Assembly (NCBI RefSeq): GCF_006345805.1
Contig: NC_042997.1
Location: 121,148,001 to 121,212,000 of the forward strand
Origin: Octopus sinensis
Taxonomy: Eukaryota
DNA: 64,000 nucleotides
Direction: 5' to 3'
How positions within the stretch are numbered: the first letter of the stretch is position 1; every line of letters begins with the position of its first letter. Positions 13,094 through 25,310 of the stretch are shown piece by piece. The notes under the pieces are model-generated. The model was not told where the DNA came from, ran no database searches, and worked only from the letters and a program-made list of their open reading frames with translations. A program made the position numbers and the translations under genes.

Positions 13094-15733
13094 TCACACG
13101 GTTCCTTGCACGCACAACACTCGTGCAACATACTTCCATCTCTTTTGGAACGTACACTCTGACAGACACCTCTTCTCCAGCCACAGTTTCCTTTTCAAAT
13201 GAAAAGAAAAAAAGGATCGTAAATTGTCACCAGAGATAAAGTTGCCTGTCTTAATTCCTTTTATCCTAGTCTTCCATACAGCCTCTTTTGCTATTGCTAC
13301 AACCGTGAGAAAACAATTCTTACCTTCGTTCGTTAGAACTCCCGGTGGGTCAATTTTTATAATTGACTCAGTCGACAGCCGTACTCTTCCTTCGCCGGAC
13401 AACAGATGTTCAGCATAAGCCCACATTTCAGTTATCTCCGGACACTGAACAATAGCGTGAGGGACGGTTTCCCTGTCCCCCCCCCGCATCTTGGACAGGT
13501 CGGTGACTGACGTTTACCATGTCTTGCGAGCTTATCCAAAACGGGCAAGGCACCTCTGTAGCATTGCCAGGTTAAGGACTTTTGGAAGTTGTCCAACGTT
13601 CTCAACCCGAATGTACGATGAAACAAGCTGTCTAGTTGAATAAATCCGAGACCTAGAGTCGATCCCAGGCCATCGTCGCATTCAGACTCTACCAACCCAC
13701 TATATAAAATCAAATCCGTATGGAACCCCCACCGCTGGCGTTGCCCGAGCGCCGGAACAGCAAGAGGGCCTTACGGCACTCTTTATGCCACTCACTCGAC
13801 CTCGGTCTGATGCAGAACGGCTTCGAAAGGAAACCGTTCACCCGAACTATCGAGTCAATGTTGTGGTACAAAGCGATAAACCACCTGAAGAAGCCAAGGC
13901 CCAGGCCAAACCGCGCAAGTACAGTCGCTAGGTATCGATGGTCAACCCTATCAAAAGCTTTAGACTGGTCCAAATGCACCAATGCCCCACCTTTGCCAGA
14001 TTTATTACCAAACCTCTCTATGGTATAGCGAATAAGATGGAGGGTATCCTGAATGGTTCTGCCTGGGATGGCACATGTCTGTGCCTCCCCGACTATACCA
14101 TTCGCGACACGCGCCAACCTTTTTGCTAGAACCATGGCCAAAATCTTCACTTCTGCGTTTAACAGGGTGATGGGCCTGAAATTCTCTAGAACGTCCCCCT
14201 TGTCCGGGTTCTTTCTGACGAACGTCACTACTCCCCGGCGCACAGATCTGGGGATAAACCCATTCTGTTTCCAGTTCGCGTACACGTCAGTCAGTAGTTG
14301 CCCGAACAAGTCTGGCATACATTTATACAGCTCGTACGGAAGACCATCAAGTCCCGGTGACTTACCCGCTTTACAATCGGCCAAAGCCTCCATCACCTCC
14401 TCAGGTGTGATTGGCCCTTCGCAAGACTCCGCATCCGACCCCGAGAGGCACGGCAGCCCGGTAAGAAAGTCCTCGAGGGCTCTCCCACCACCAGGACCGC
14501 CGTCACCCCCGAACAGCTGGGCGAAGTACTCCCGAAAGACCTCACACATTTTCTCGGGTTCGTTTATCAAGACACCATTTTGATTCGTCAAAGACCGAAT
14601 AGAGGAACTATTTCCTTGCCGAGCTTCCACCACTCGGGCCCATCCAGCGGCTTTGATTCCTTCACTTCCCATTGCACGTAACTTAGCTCTGGTAATACTT
14701 CCCATGTGGTGGGCTTCAAGATGCTGGTTTAACTCCAGTCTTTTCACCCTCGCTTGGTCTGTATTACCAGTCCTCCAGGCTTCTTCTAGTTCCTTAACTA
14801 GACCATCTCCTATTTTACGTCCCTTCTTAGCTAAACTTATGCTAAACTTAATAGACTCATATTTGATGGCTCTTTTTAGGGTGTACCACCATTTGTTATT
14901 AATGATGGTACCTGTTAATGCCCTCTGTATTAACATCTTGATCCGCTTTCTGTACTCCTCAATCGCCAAAAGGGACGTATTGAGTTTCCAGTAGCCAGAT
15001 CCCTGTCTATGCAACTTATGTACCGTCAGTTTACAGGTAACCATCTTGTGGTCACTGTAGCTGACTAGAAAAAACTATGGACACTCAACTATGGACTTAT
15101 CTTTTTCTCTAATTAAAATCCTATCTAGATATGTTCTGGTAGACCCGTCACTATTTGACCACGTCCACTGTGGAGTGTGCGGGTGCTCCAACCTATATGG
15201 ATCTGCTAGCTGAAATTGACTTAGCAGATCCCGAAAGCCTGGGTTACATTTTCTGTTCATGTTCGAGTTTGAGCCAACACAATCTGTGTGTGCTGCACAT
15301 ATTGTATTAGAGTCTCCTAACACTACTAGTGAATGCGACGTGGCTAGGAACTTTCCCAGGCCACGAAAATATTCAGTTTGCGGGCCAATAATGTTTGGTG
15401 CGTAAATAGCGACCAGCCTGATTGTCTTGCCACAACTGAATGTCAAGTCGAGAACGACCAGCCTGCCTTCTGGGTCAGAAAAAAACAACTTTTTCTCGGC
15501 TACCCGGTTTCTTTTTAGTAGGACCAACACCCCACCCCACCTCCCGCCCGACTCGGAGAAACGTATTTCTCGTAGCCGTTCCGGAGGGGGAGCAGATCTC
15601 TTGGCCCCTTCACCCGGGTTTCCGTTGCAACAATTACATCCAAATTTCTCGACCTGATGTCATTCAGAAAGCGTCCTTGCTTCCAGCTTGACAACAAGCC
15701 ATGAACATTTAAACAACCAATGTGAATAGCCAT
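13094..15733 (-). pseudogene. LINE ORF2 (APE endonuclease + reverse transcriptase + C-terminal Zn motif), disrupted
   Basis: EN motifs CLNVHGL, ATETR, IYAPN, LGDSN, YLDRILI, SDHK; GYWKLNTSLL; RT motifs PGLDGLPYE, FRPITLLN, LDQSKAFDRVDH; CPRCG..HAIVQC. Frameshifts near 15525 and 13480, in-frame TAG at 15075-15077; QG/YADD region missing near 13790. Confidence 0.9.
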
Positions 15734-15744
15734 CACTTACCTGT

Positions 15745-17266
15745 TTAATTAGGATTGTCCGGTGGAGGGGGACCCTCCACCTTTTTTTGATCCAGGGTCG
15801 GAGATGGACGGTCTTGGGAAATAGATTTGTCAAAATCCCGTCTCACCACCGACACAGAATTATCAGGTGGAGGGGGAATCTCCACCTTTTCCTTTTCTCG
15901 CGGGATCGGAGCTGGTAATCCATGAAATATCGACTTGTTAAAATCTAATCTCAATGAAGATACAGTCTTTCTGTACTTATTTTGTAGAATTCTATAAGTC
16001 TTATTTGAGACTTCATATATGTCGTAATTGATAAATTCCTCTGAAAGGTTATCAATTTTTTTTACGAGTTGAATGTCTCTCATGAGCTCAGTATCTTTAG
16101 TGTATACGGCTATTATGCCGTTTTCTTCTTTTTCTCTTCTGGCAGTCTTTTTTGGTCGTTGTTCTGTAGTAGTCGCCGCTCTCGGCTGGGTTGCTGGTTG
16201 TATTTTTCTTTTGTTTGTTGTTTTTTTCTCATCTGTTTCTTCTTTATCTTCTTCCTCTTTGTCTTTTTTCTCCTCTACCTCCTCTTCTTCATTTTCCTTG
16301 CAGTTCCTTCGAATGTGGCCTAATTGACCACATAAAAAACATCGAGGTTTTCGGCCCTCAACAAACACCACGAGGTTCTCCTCCCATACCTCAATTGTCT
16401 CAGGAATTGTTTGAATTATTTTAGGGTCCGCTTGAATGAGAAGATTAATTGTTTGACCATCCCAGCGTGGGTTTTCCGTAGCGGTAGCCTGGAGGAGAGT
16501 TATTTTTTCTACCTCTTTGATTAGGACTGCCGCCAACAACCACATAGGTTCGACCTCTGGCGGGACCCTTGTAATTTTTATTCGCGACGTCCTCATCCCC
16601 ATATAATAGGGGATTAACTCCACGTCGTTCGTTTTCAACGTTTCAACTGAGTTCTTGTGTGCTATTTCTTTATTGGTGAACCTTACTTCCACCGTTCTGA
16701 ATTTTTTTCCTCTTCTCAGAAATACTACGTCGCCCAATATTGGCTTTAAGCACTTTTCTATTTTCTCTTCTGACATTCTTTCAATTTTTCTTTTTTGTAG
16801 ACAATATGTTTTGAAAATTATTGTTTTTTGCTTTTCTTCCTGTAATAACTTTTGCGGAGGTTCAATTTTCACACCATTGTCGGTTATTTCCATCATTTTG
16901 CTGTATTTCATAATTTCGCTTTTATTCGTCGACACTATCTGGGTTCCACCCCCAGCAGCCAACGCAAAACTTTTTTTTCCATTTTTTTGGTTCTATCTGG
17001 ATGCTAGGCACATCAATTATTCTCTTCGACACAATGCCTTTGTTCTCTGGCAAAGTCGGAAACTCTTCTGGTGAAAGTTCTGACGAGCTCTCAGACACAT
17101 CTCCAAAAATATCAAATATATTATCCTCTCTGCTATTCCTTCTTGTAGCGGGGGAAACCCTTATTTCCTTGTCTGTAGTTGGCTCCTCGCCGGACATGTA
17201 TTTCCTCCTCTCAACAGGAGAAACAAGTATTTCTGCTCCAACGGTAGGCTCCATGCTAGACGACAT
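15745..17266 (-). pseudogene. LINE ORF1 (gag-like nucleic-acid-binding protein), one frameshift
   Basis: ORFs 16922-17266 and 15745-16962 join across an A-run near 16965; zinc knuckle RCFLCGQLGHIRRNC; ~507 codons if joined. Confidence 0.85.
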
Positions 17267-17436
17267 TCTTCCCCCCCAAAGGGGGAATGAACAACGCGTG
17301 CTACCACAAGCACTAAGTGTTTTCAGTTGAAAACTCCAACAGTTAAGTTATTCAACAGTTTAACAAGAAACAACAGTTGTTAACAATATTAACACCACGA
17401 AACAGCAATTCTTACTTCACGAACACATGTACGACT

Positions 17437-17498
17437 GACGAAATACGGCTACACATTTCGCCCGGCGTGCTAACGTTTCTACCAGCTCGCCGCCCTTG
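17437..17498 (-). mobile_element. SINE family 1 head (A-box half), separated from its body by the LINE
   Basis: GGCGGCGAGCTGGTAGAAACGTTAGCACGCCGGGCGAAATGTGTAGCCGTATTTCGTC matches heads at 19084 and 22312; outer 16-bp TSD TGACGTGTAACTTTAT at 12455-12470 and 17499-17514. Confidence 0.9.
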
Positions 17499-19083
17499 TG
17501 ACGTGTAACTTTATGCTAAACAAATTATTCCTATATTTCAATTAAATATTTTTCTCGTGCACCAATTTACATGAAGCTGCCATTACTGAGTGAGAATGCT
17601 AGAACTTTTAACGATTATGTATATCCGTTGATGAGAACTTGTTTCTTTTTTTTTTTGTTTCGTTTCTGACGATTATTTTGTTTTTGCGTCTGTTGATTGC
17701 CTGTTTTGTGACATTACTTCAATTTTCTTTGAACTTATTAGTACCGGGTGTTTTTACATTGTTTATTTATTATTGGTCTTATGAGGACAATTGTTTGTCT
17801 CTTGTTATTTATAGGTTGCAGCTTTTAGCCAATGATTTATAAATTGTAATTTTGTTTTGTTTTGTTGTTGTTTTTTTGTCTAGCTAGTATTTTCTTTAGG
17901 AAGAAATATATTTTGGAGTGGTTTGAGTTTTCTTTTGTAGACGTTGTTATGAAGATATATATTTGAGTGTTTATTTTCCTGTTGATGTTTTTGTATATTT
18001 ATTAATTTATGTCTTTGTAATCTTCGAATTTTCTTTTGTTCAAGGTTAAGTAAACGGTTTAAATAATTATTTCTGTTTTCGTGTATTTCATATATTTTGC
18101 ATCTTCTATTGTATCAATTATTAATGTTTACGCGATTTTCTTAATGTATTTCATTTATTTTTCATAATGTGTGTATTTTTGTATGTATTTCAACAAGACA
18201 TGTTATTGTTTGGGCTTTGTTTGGTTTATTTATGTTTAATGAGGATAGATTTATTGCAATTCTGATTCAGCCATTGACAAATTTCCTCTGTGTGTGTGTG
18301 TGTGTATGTGTCTGTGTGTATGTGTCTGTGTGTGTATGTGTCTGTGTGTGTGTGTTTGTGTGTATGTATGTGTGTGTCCAGTGTTCATCGTTCGTAGTTC
18401 CTGACCTAAAGCTATTTTTTGAATAGCAATGTAATATTGTTATATGTAGCACATATATTGATTTTCTTTTTAAGAGAGTGTACAGAGTCTTCGGGATACA
18501 TTTGACAATTTCTATGTCTCTGTTTCAGGAACAGCTCAATGCCACCCTCCTTGGCTGTTCCATTTACACAAAATTCCTAAGCGAAAATCGCCAACGGCCG
18601 TCCTTATAGCGGCATGTCATCACCGAGGGAAAAGTCCTGATGGAAAATAATAGATCTCAAAAGGCAGAAATATGACATTGAAGACGCAAAATTGGCTCGC
18701 GGTACATCATTCCACTCCAACTGGCCCCTGTGATAAATGGCCCCGACTCTTCGATATCACCCATGGCTTGAACAACCATCAAATTGAAGAAGCTCAATCA
18801 CTGGTTGCACATCTGCTACTCCGTTACTAGTTAATGTCGACGAAAAACAAATTGATAAAAAGATAACTGCGTACCTTATTTCTTCTAATATATGATACTT
18901 GTACATCATCTCCAAACCTTCTAATATATATGTGTGTGTGTGTATGTGTATGTGTATATATATATATATATATTTGGTACATGTGAATTTACATGTGTGT
19001 AAATATATGACAGAATATATGATACAGAAAGCGACTTCTTTGCGATCAAGTCCATTAGCGGTAGTATTATGGTATGAAAAGAA

Positions 19084-19304
19084 GGCACGAGCTGGCAGAA
19101 TGTCGGGCGAAATGCTTAGAAGTATTTCGGTTGCCGTTACGTTGTGAGTTCAAATTCCGCCGATGTCGACTTTGCCTTTCATCCTTTCGGGGTCGATAAA
19201 TTAATTACCAGTTACACACTGGGGTCGAAGTAATCGACTTAATACCTATGTCTGTCCTTGTTTGTCCCCTCTATGTTCAGCCCCTTGTGGGTAATAAAGA
19301 AATA
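19084..19304 (+). mobile_element. SINE family 1 monomer
   Basis: Head, B-box, central domain and tail; candidate TSD GGTATGAAAAGAAGG (19071-19085) / GGTATTAAAGGAAGG (19305-19319), 13/15 match. Confidence 0.9.
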
Positions 19305-21516
19305 GGTATTAAAGGAAGGAAGGGAGGTAAGTCCCCAGAAAATATGATGAGTACAGGTACACATTCCGGCAAAAGTTAGCATAAGTAAACTACACTCACA
19401 CACACAGAGGTTATATATATATATATACGGCAAAGAATACATATCCATCCATCCACCCATCAATACATCGATCCATCCATCTATCAATCCATCCAACCAT
19501 CCATACACACATACACACACACATGGATGGATGGATGGATGGATGGATGGATGGATGGATGGATGGATGGATGGATGGATGGATGGATGGATGGATGGAT
19601 GGATGGATTATCTGCCGTACAAGTTTCACTGAAATCTCAAGTGCGATTCAATGATCTTAACCAAATCATTATTGTTTACCTTGTCTTTGACGCTATGATA
19701 TTGAACATAGCACAGCAAACTTTTTAACCATAGCCATTCATATGTCATTGTTAGAAAATATTGAACAACGTTGAATTTATTGCTTCGTCATAATTACTGT
19801 TTTTGGATGGATCGTGTTTAGCTAGCACAAATATAAATAGAATAAAATATGCTTAGAATACGGGTGATAATGATGATGATGATGATCATAATCATGATCA
19901 TCATCATCGTCATCATCTTTATCAACACCATCATGAATAACTATGCCATAAAGGAAAATACAACACAAGGTAATGATCTATTCATGTGAGAATATATTTG
20001 CTATACTATCTGTCCAATTTGTGTTCTGCACAACGAAAACCCAACTCATGCGATCATAAATTTTGGAAAAAATCATGGAAGAAAATCGTTGATATCACAA
20101 CATTAACAATGGAAATAACCCTTTGATTTTATCAACGTTCGATTTATGTCGTAAAATGAAACGTTATCTTTGAGATCCTTAATACATTTGTAATACTAGT
20201 GAAGCACCTCATAACGTGACTCTATTTAAATGCATAGCTAGGGATATAAAATGCAGTAATTGCCAATAAATATCTAATGATAATTTCCATGAGTGACATG
20301 GAATATGGGAAACGATCATGAAGAAGATGGGGCAACATAGTCAATAAAAGCCTTCAGCGACAACATGGAAATTACATTCATGAAAGTATTATTGGAAAAG
20401 CATGATAAATATGAAGTTATATAATAGGATATATTTCTGATTCAAATGTGCAACTTTAGAGTTTTGATATAATTCATAAGATATATTGTATTTCAAAATA
20501 ATTTCGCTGAAAATAAACGAAACTATTAGAAATATTTGAAAAATAAAGTAAAGTGATATAGATTAAGCCAAGCATTCCATCATTAATTCGTTTATGAGTG
20601 TTTCGTATTTATTCAAGAATACACAACAACACATTTCAATGAACGTGAATGGAATCAATCTTACAGGACGTAGAATGTTCAATAAAATACTTAATTTATC
20701 ACATATAACATTCCCAAATCATCTATTTGCACAGCAACGAGGTAGTTATTAAATCTGTAAGTAATTAGATATTGTTGTCATTTATTAATAAATCATCTTC
20801 GAGCACAATGCATACAACTATACATTTTAATTATGGCTATCATTAACGTCTTTTCCTATCATAATTAAAAGAATGTATGAAACGTACAATAAGTTTGGAA
20901 ATCTATAAAGTTCTCTTTCCTTCTTTTATTTTCTTGTATAAAAAAAAAATCTGTGGCAAAAATTACAAATCTAATATTATATCCACTGAGAACAGTAATC
21001 CAAAATGACGCAAACGTTACCCAGGGCTGAGTTTTAATAAATATGGCAATCATCATTGGAACATCCGATGTATAATAATGAATAATTCTGCAAATAAATG
21101 TTTGTGCTGAATGAATAGATTTAGCCTCAATACTATTCCGTTAAATATTTTCCTGGATAAAGGATATCAGTAATTCCAAAGAAAATTAATAACTATAATC
21201 CGATCACCAGGCATTACGTTAATGTCTTTTTGCCTTGTTTATGTCATACATCAAATTATATTTTCTGAAATGATTATAGAAGTTTCCTTGTTATTAACAT
21301 ATATGTCATATTGTAGGATATAATATCAAAATATTTATTTAAACACGACAATAAAACAACGACTTCATTTTCATTCTTCATCTCAATGTTATATAAACAC
21401 AATTGTGTCGACTCTCGATATATTGGTAATAAGATATATAAGATATAATTAATATTGTATGAAGGAAACCATTATTGCTATGGATATCACTTATATATAT
21501 ATATATATATTATATA

Positions 21517-21570
<54 letters not shown>

Positions 21571-21661
21571 TATATGCATATATGTATGTATGTATCTATG
21601 TATCTATGTATTTATTATGTATGTATATATGCTACATATATATGGTATATATTTATATATA

Positions 21662-21810
21662 GGCGCACGGATGGCTATGTGGTAAGAAGCTTGGTTGCAG
21701 GTTCAGTCCCATTCTGTGGCATCATGGGTAAGTGTATTTTAATATAGCTACGGGCCGACCAAAACCTTGTGAGTGGATATGGTAGAGGGAAACTGGAAGA
21801 AACCCGTCGT
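21662..21810 (+). mobile_element. SINE family 2, 5' half
   Basis: GGCGCACGGATGGCTATGTGGTAAGAAGC..GGGCCGACCAAAACCTTGTGAGTGGAT..CCCGTCGTATAT. Confidence 0.8.
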
Positions 21811-22311
21811 ATATATATCTCTTATTATAAAATCTCATTATAAAAGGCAGATTTTATCTGCCTCCCTTTGGGAGTTATAGAAATCTACAATATAGGATTT
21901 CTTCAATTACAATTTACCTAGCATTTTTAAGAGTACAATGCATCGCGTCATGCCAGGTCCAGTTTTTAAAATTTAAACTCCAATTAAGCAAAATTTACAG
22001 AAAACTCACATTCTGGTGTGTGTGTCAAATGCTTTTCTTAGTCTGGTTTACACCACACGCAAACGCACACACACAGTGGGCAACAGTCAAATTACTGAAC
22101 CCATTAAAAGAATAAAAGAAAGAATACATATTGTTACGAAGAAGAAACATTGTGATAAATATAATTGAAATACAGTTGTCTAATTCTACAAAAGAGAACA
22201 AGATCGATAATTACTTCTGAGATATAATGTTCAGTGACCACGTGATAGGTTTAAAGCATCCTGCCCGTTTTCTTCTGACGCGGTTTTACTGCAACTGTAT
22301 TAACAAGTGGA

Positions 22312-22723
22312 GGGGAGCGATCTGGCAGAAACGTTAGCACGCGGGGCGAGATGCTTAGCGTTATTTTGTGTGCCGCAACGTTCTGAGTTCAAATTCCGCC
22401 GAGGTAGACTCTGCCTTTCATCATTTTGATGTCGATTAAATAAGTACCAGTTACGCACTGGGGTCGATATAATCGACTTAATCCGCTTGTCTGTCCTTGT
22501 TTGTCCTCTCTGTGTTTAGCCCCCTGTGGGTAGTAAAGAAATGGGTATTTCGTCTGCCGTTAAGTTCTGAGTTCAAATTCCGCCGAGGTCGACTTTGCCC
22601 TTCACTCTTTCGGCGTCGATTAAATATGTACCAGTTACGCACTGAGGTCGTTGTAATCGACTTAATTCCTTTGTCTGTCCTTGTTTGTCCCCTTTATTTT
22701 TAGCCCACTGTGTGCAATAAAGA
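22312..22723 (+). mobile_element. SINE family 1 dimer (head-body-tail-body-tail)
   Basis: Second unit starts at GTATTTCGTC (22545-22554) directly after the first tail. Confidence 0.9.
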
Positions 22724-22865
22724 ACTACATATAAACACATGGCAGAAGTGTGGCGCCGCGAAGAATCAGGGGATTCGTTTGAAGAGCTCTTTTAGTTTAC
22801 TGGTTGCTGCCTTAACTATTTGTAGAATTGTTGCACTGTTGAACATTTGTTATAGTGTAGTAGGT

Positions 22866-23068
22866 ATTGTTTGCCAACATGACATGACAGTCTTGGTTTA
22901 GGACGAATGTATCTGTAATTTAACCATCATCTCCAGCTGGCTATAAGACACGATCGGTATCCTATTTTTGAACAAGTGAATCTAGCACCCCCACTCAGCT
23001 CACAACAATATCTGTGTATAGAAACATTCGTCCTAAATCAGGACTGCCATGTTATTTTGGCAAACAAT
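22866..23068. mobile_element. MITE-like element with ~45-bp terminal inverted repeats
   Basis: ATTGTTTGCCAA..GGTTTAGGACGAATGT vs ACATTCGTCCTAAATC..TTGGCAAACAAT. Confidence 0.65.
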
Positions 23069-23074
23069 TTTACT

Positions 23075-23895
23075 ACAAAGTACTGTTGCTGAATATCTCA
23101 CGTTGTGAAATTTAAAAATAGTAATTTTCTAATGTGTTATAGTGTTGTCTATTTTGTTATAGTGTTATAGTGTTTTTTACTGCTTGTGGCAGACTGTTGT
23201 GAACATTTTCCCTTTGTGTGAAGGGGAAAATATTGTTATTGGGACTTACCAAAATGGATAAATCACCCGTGAAACGAGGGCCAATGTCGAACCTAGGACT
23301 AGTACTAGACAAAAGTTGTCAAACTGCGAAAGCAGTCTGGAACTAAGATGTATGCCGTGAGTTGAGGATTTCGTACAGGGAAGAAAAGTGAATTTTGCGG
23401 CAGCAGACCGGAGTGACTCGAAAGAATCTCAACTGTAAAAGCGGTGCACTAGAAAAATATAAAGGAATGTTCAAAAGGGAGGAAGAGGAGAAAATAATTA
23501 CACAACCAAACGAAACTACTCACTCACCACTTCGGTTCACTGTGATATATATATTCTTTCGTTGTCAAAAACAAAACGAAAAACTGGATAATGCAAGCAA
23601 AGAGGCCATGGAACTATACCTGTGGCCAGTATGGAGCGACGTGGCATATATCACGAAAGGAACGAAGTATGCTACAATAGAGGTACGCTTCAAGTCGGAG
23701 GAAAAGTCCAAGCAGGCTTCAACAGAGGCCATAGAAACAGCTGAGTTGGAACTCCTAACTACTTACCTTAGAAGGTAGATTTCCAAGATTAGGATTAGCA
23801 GAAATTCCACCGGAAGTAGACCCTGCTTGGCTGGTGGTAGCCATAATGACGTTCGTAGAGGATAAGATAACTATTCTCCAAGCCACCGGGTAACA
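23075..23895 (+). mobile_element. 5' fragment (5'UTR + ORF1 N-half) of a Tx1-like LINE related to the 12.8-17.4 kb element
   Basis: TIEVRFKSEE..ELLTTY and IPPEVDPAWLVVAI..KITILQAT align to TVEVRFTNKE..ELIPYY and VPPEVEPMWLLAAV..KITLLQAT; 5'UTR motif GCTTGTGG..CATT..CCCTTTG..GGGAA shared. Confidence 0.8.
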
Positions 23896-25310
23896 AAGAA
23901 TTCGATGTGAACAATTATTGTGAAGTTAGGCGGCTAGGGATTACAGTCAGTTGGAAGTTTACATCGAAGACATACGGAGAACAAATGTATATGTGTGTGT
24001 GTGTGTGTTTGAGCGCATATTCATATTTACAGATCATCGTATGTCGGAGCATATATATATACATATAAGTATACAAAAGACATCCATCATAGTCAACAGA
24101 AGTAGTGTGTAAGAAAAGCTGTAAGTTAAAAAGTTAATGTTAATTCATTGACCATCGCCTAGAGATCTGTTACTTTCCATGAAAAATTTGAGAAATGGCA
24201 GCACATCTTTGAACACAAAGGACAGCCGGTACCTACTTGATTCTTTCGTTATTTTCACCAAAGATGCTGATATATTGAAGGCTCTCTTAGTATCATGATA
24301 TTTTGCAATGGAGAAGCTATGGACCTATTTTTTCTTTTACTATGAACTAACTTGAAAAGAAATCCTAATAATAAGGCTTTTTTTTTAAGTCCTAATTATT
24401 GAATTAGCAGTCATTTGTGGTGGATATATGTGAGGACTCATGAGAATTAATCCTCAAAATATGAACCACATCAGAAATCGTATAAGGCAGCAATTTCGTA
24501 GTGGACGGTGCTTCTGTTAGATGTCGTCGTGTTGCTATCTCTATTGCGTTTTACCTGGTAGAGCAATGATTTGAGGATTAGAGAAAGTAATCATATAATG
24601 CTTGTTCTTGGACATGGGATGCGATTATGATAACGCAGATATGAAATGCATGAGCGGTAAATTTATAGCAATGTTATACACTCGACTGGCAATCCACCGA
24701 ATAGATATGTAGCAGTAGAAATGGCCAACAGCTCGCAAATCAAATTACATGTTATCGCCAAAACTCGATTAATTTAATCAAAACTTTACCTCTGTGTGTA
24801 TGTGTGTCTGTTGCATGTGTGTGTGCTGTATGTGTGTGTGTGTATTTATATAGCAAGTAGAATACTAACCTAATCTCACCAGCCAAAACTATTATAGAGC
24901 TAGTAGTACTATTCCCGACCTTGGCTATCGGAATTCTTTTTCTCTACTTCAGAAATTGAACTACAATGAGAAAGCTATAGCGACGTTAGTTTCAGATCAC
25001 ATATAGATCACTATATGTAGATCAAATGAAGCGGCAGACATACAAACCAAAGAATAAATATTAGAAACAATTTTCATAAACAGCCCAAAACGGCAAAACA
25101 AACAAAAAAAAAACACTGTCGGAGATTTCGAAAATTGAGCTCGACTCCTATAAAATTACGACAGGAAAATAAACCATGCTTACAGGAAATATTTAAAAAA
25201 GCGAAATCTTTCATTAATTAGCTACAGAACAGCCACTCTTCGAAGAACATGGCTCTCTAATACCAATCTTACAAAATTATAAGTGAAAAACTGAATGAAA
25301 AATCTTAAAG

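Larger units (their letters stand above)
12841..17436 (-). mobile_element. Tx1/L1-clade non-LTR retrotransposon, 5' and 3' ends present, internally deleted
   Basis: ~170-nt 5'UTR; ORF1 with CX2CX4HX4C knuckle; ORF2 with APE endonuclease, N-half of RT and C-terminal Cys/His motif; 3'UTR ending AATAAAGAAATTCGAAATT; flanked by 11-bp direct repeat (plus strand GACGGAATACG 12830-12840, GACGAAATACG 17437-17447). Confidence 0.93.

Noticed and set aside
18480-18830. Plus-strand exon or ORF1 relic after a TGTTTCAG acceptor
   Set aside because: All three frames close quickly and the similarity to LINE proteins is too weak to support.
21812-22090. Helitron-like 5' end (TC..TATAAAAGGCAG)
   Set aside because: No matching 3' hairpin plus CTAG end could be identified.
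22290-22745. TSD around the 22.3-kb SINE dimer
   Set aside because: Only a weak partial match, so it cannot be used for or against the TTAGC model.
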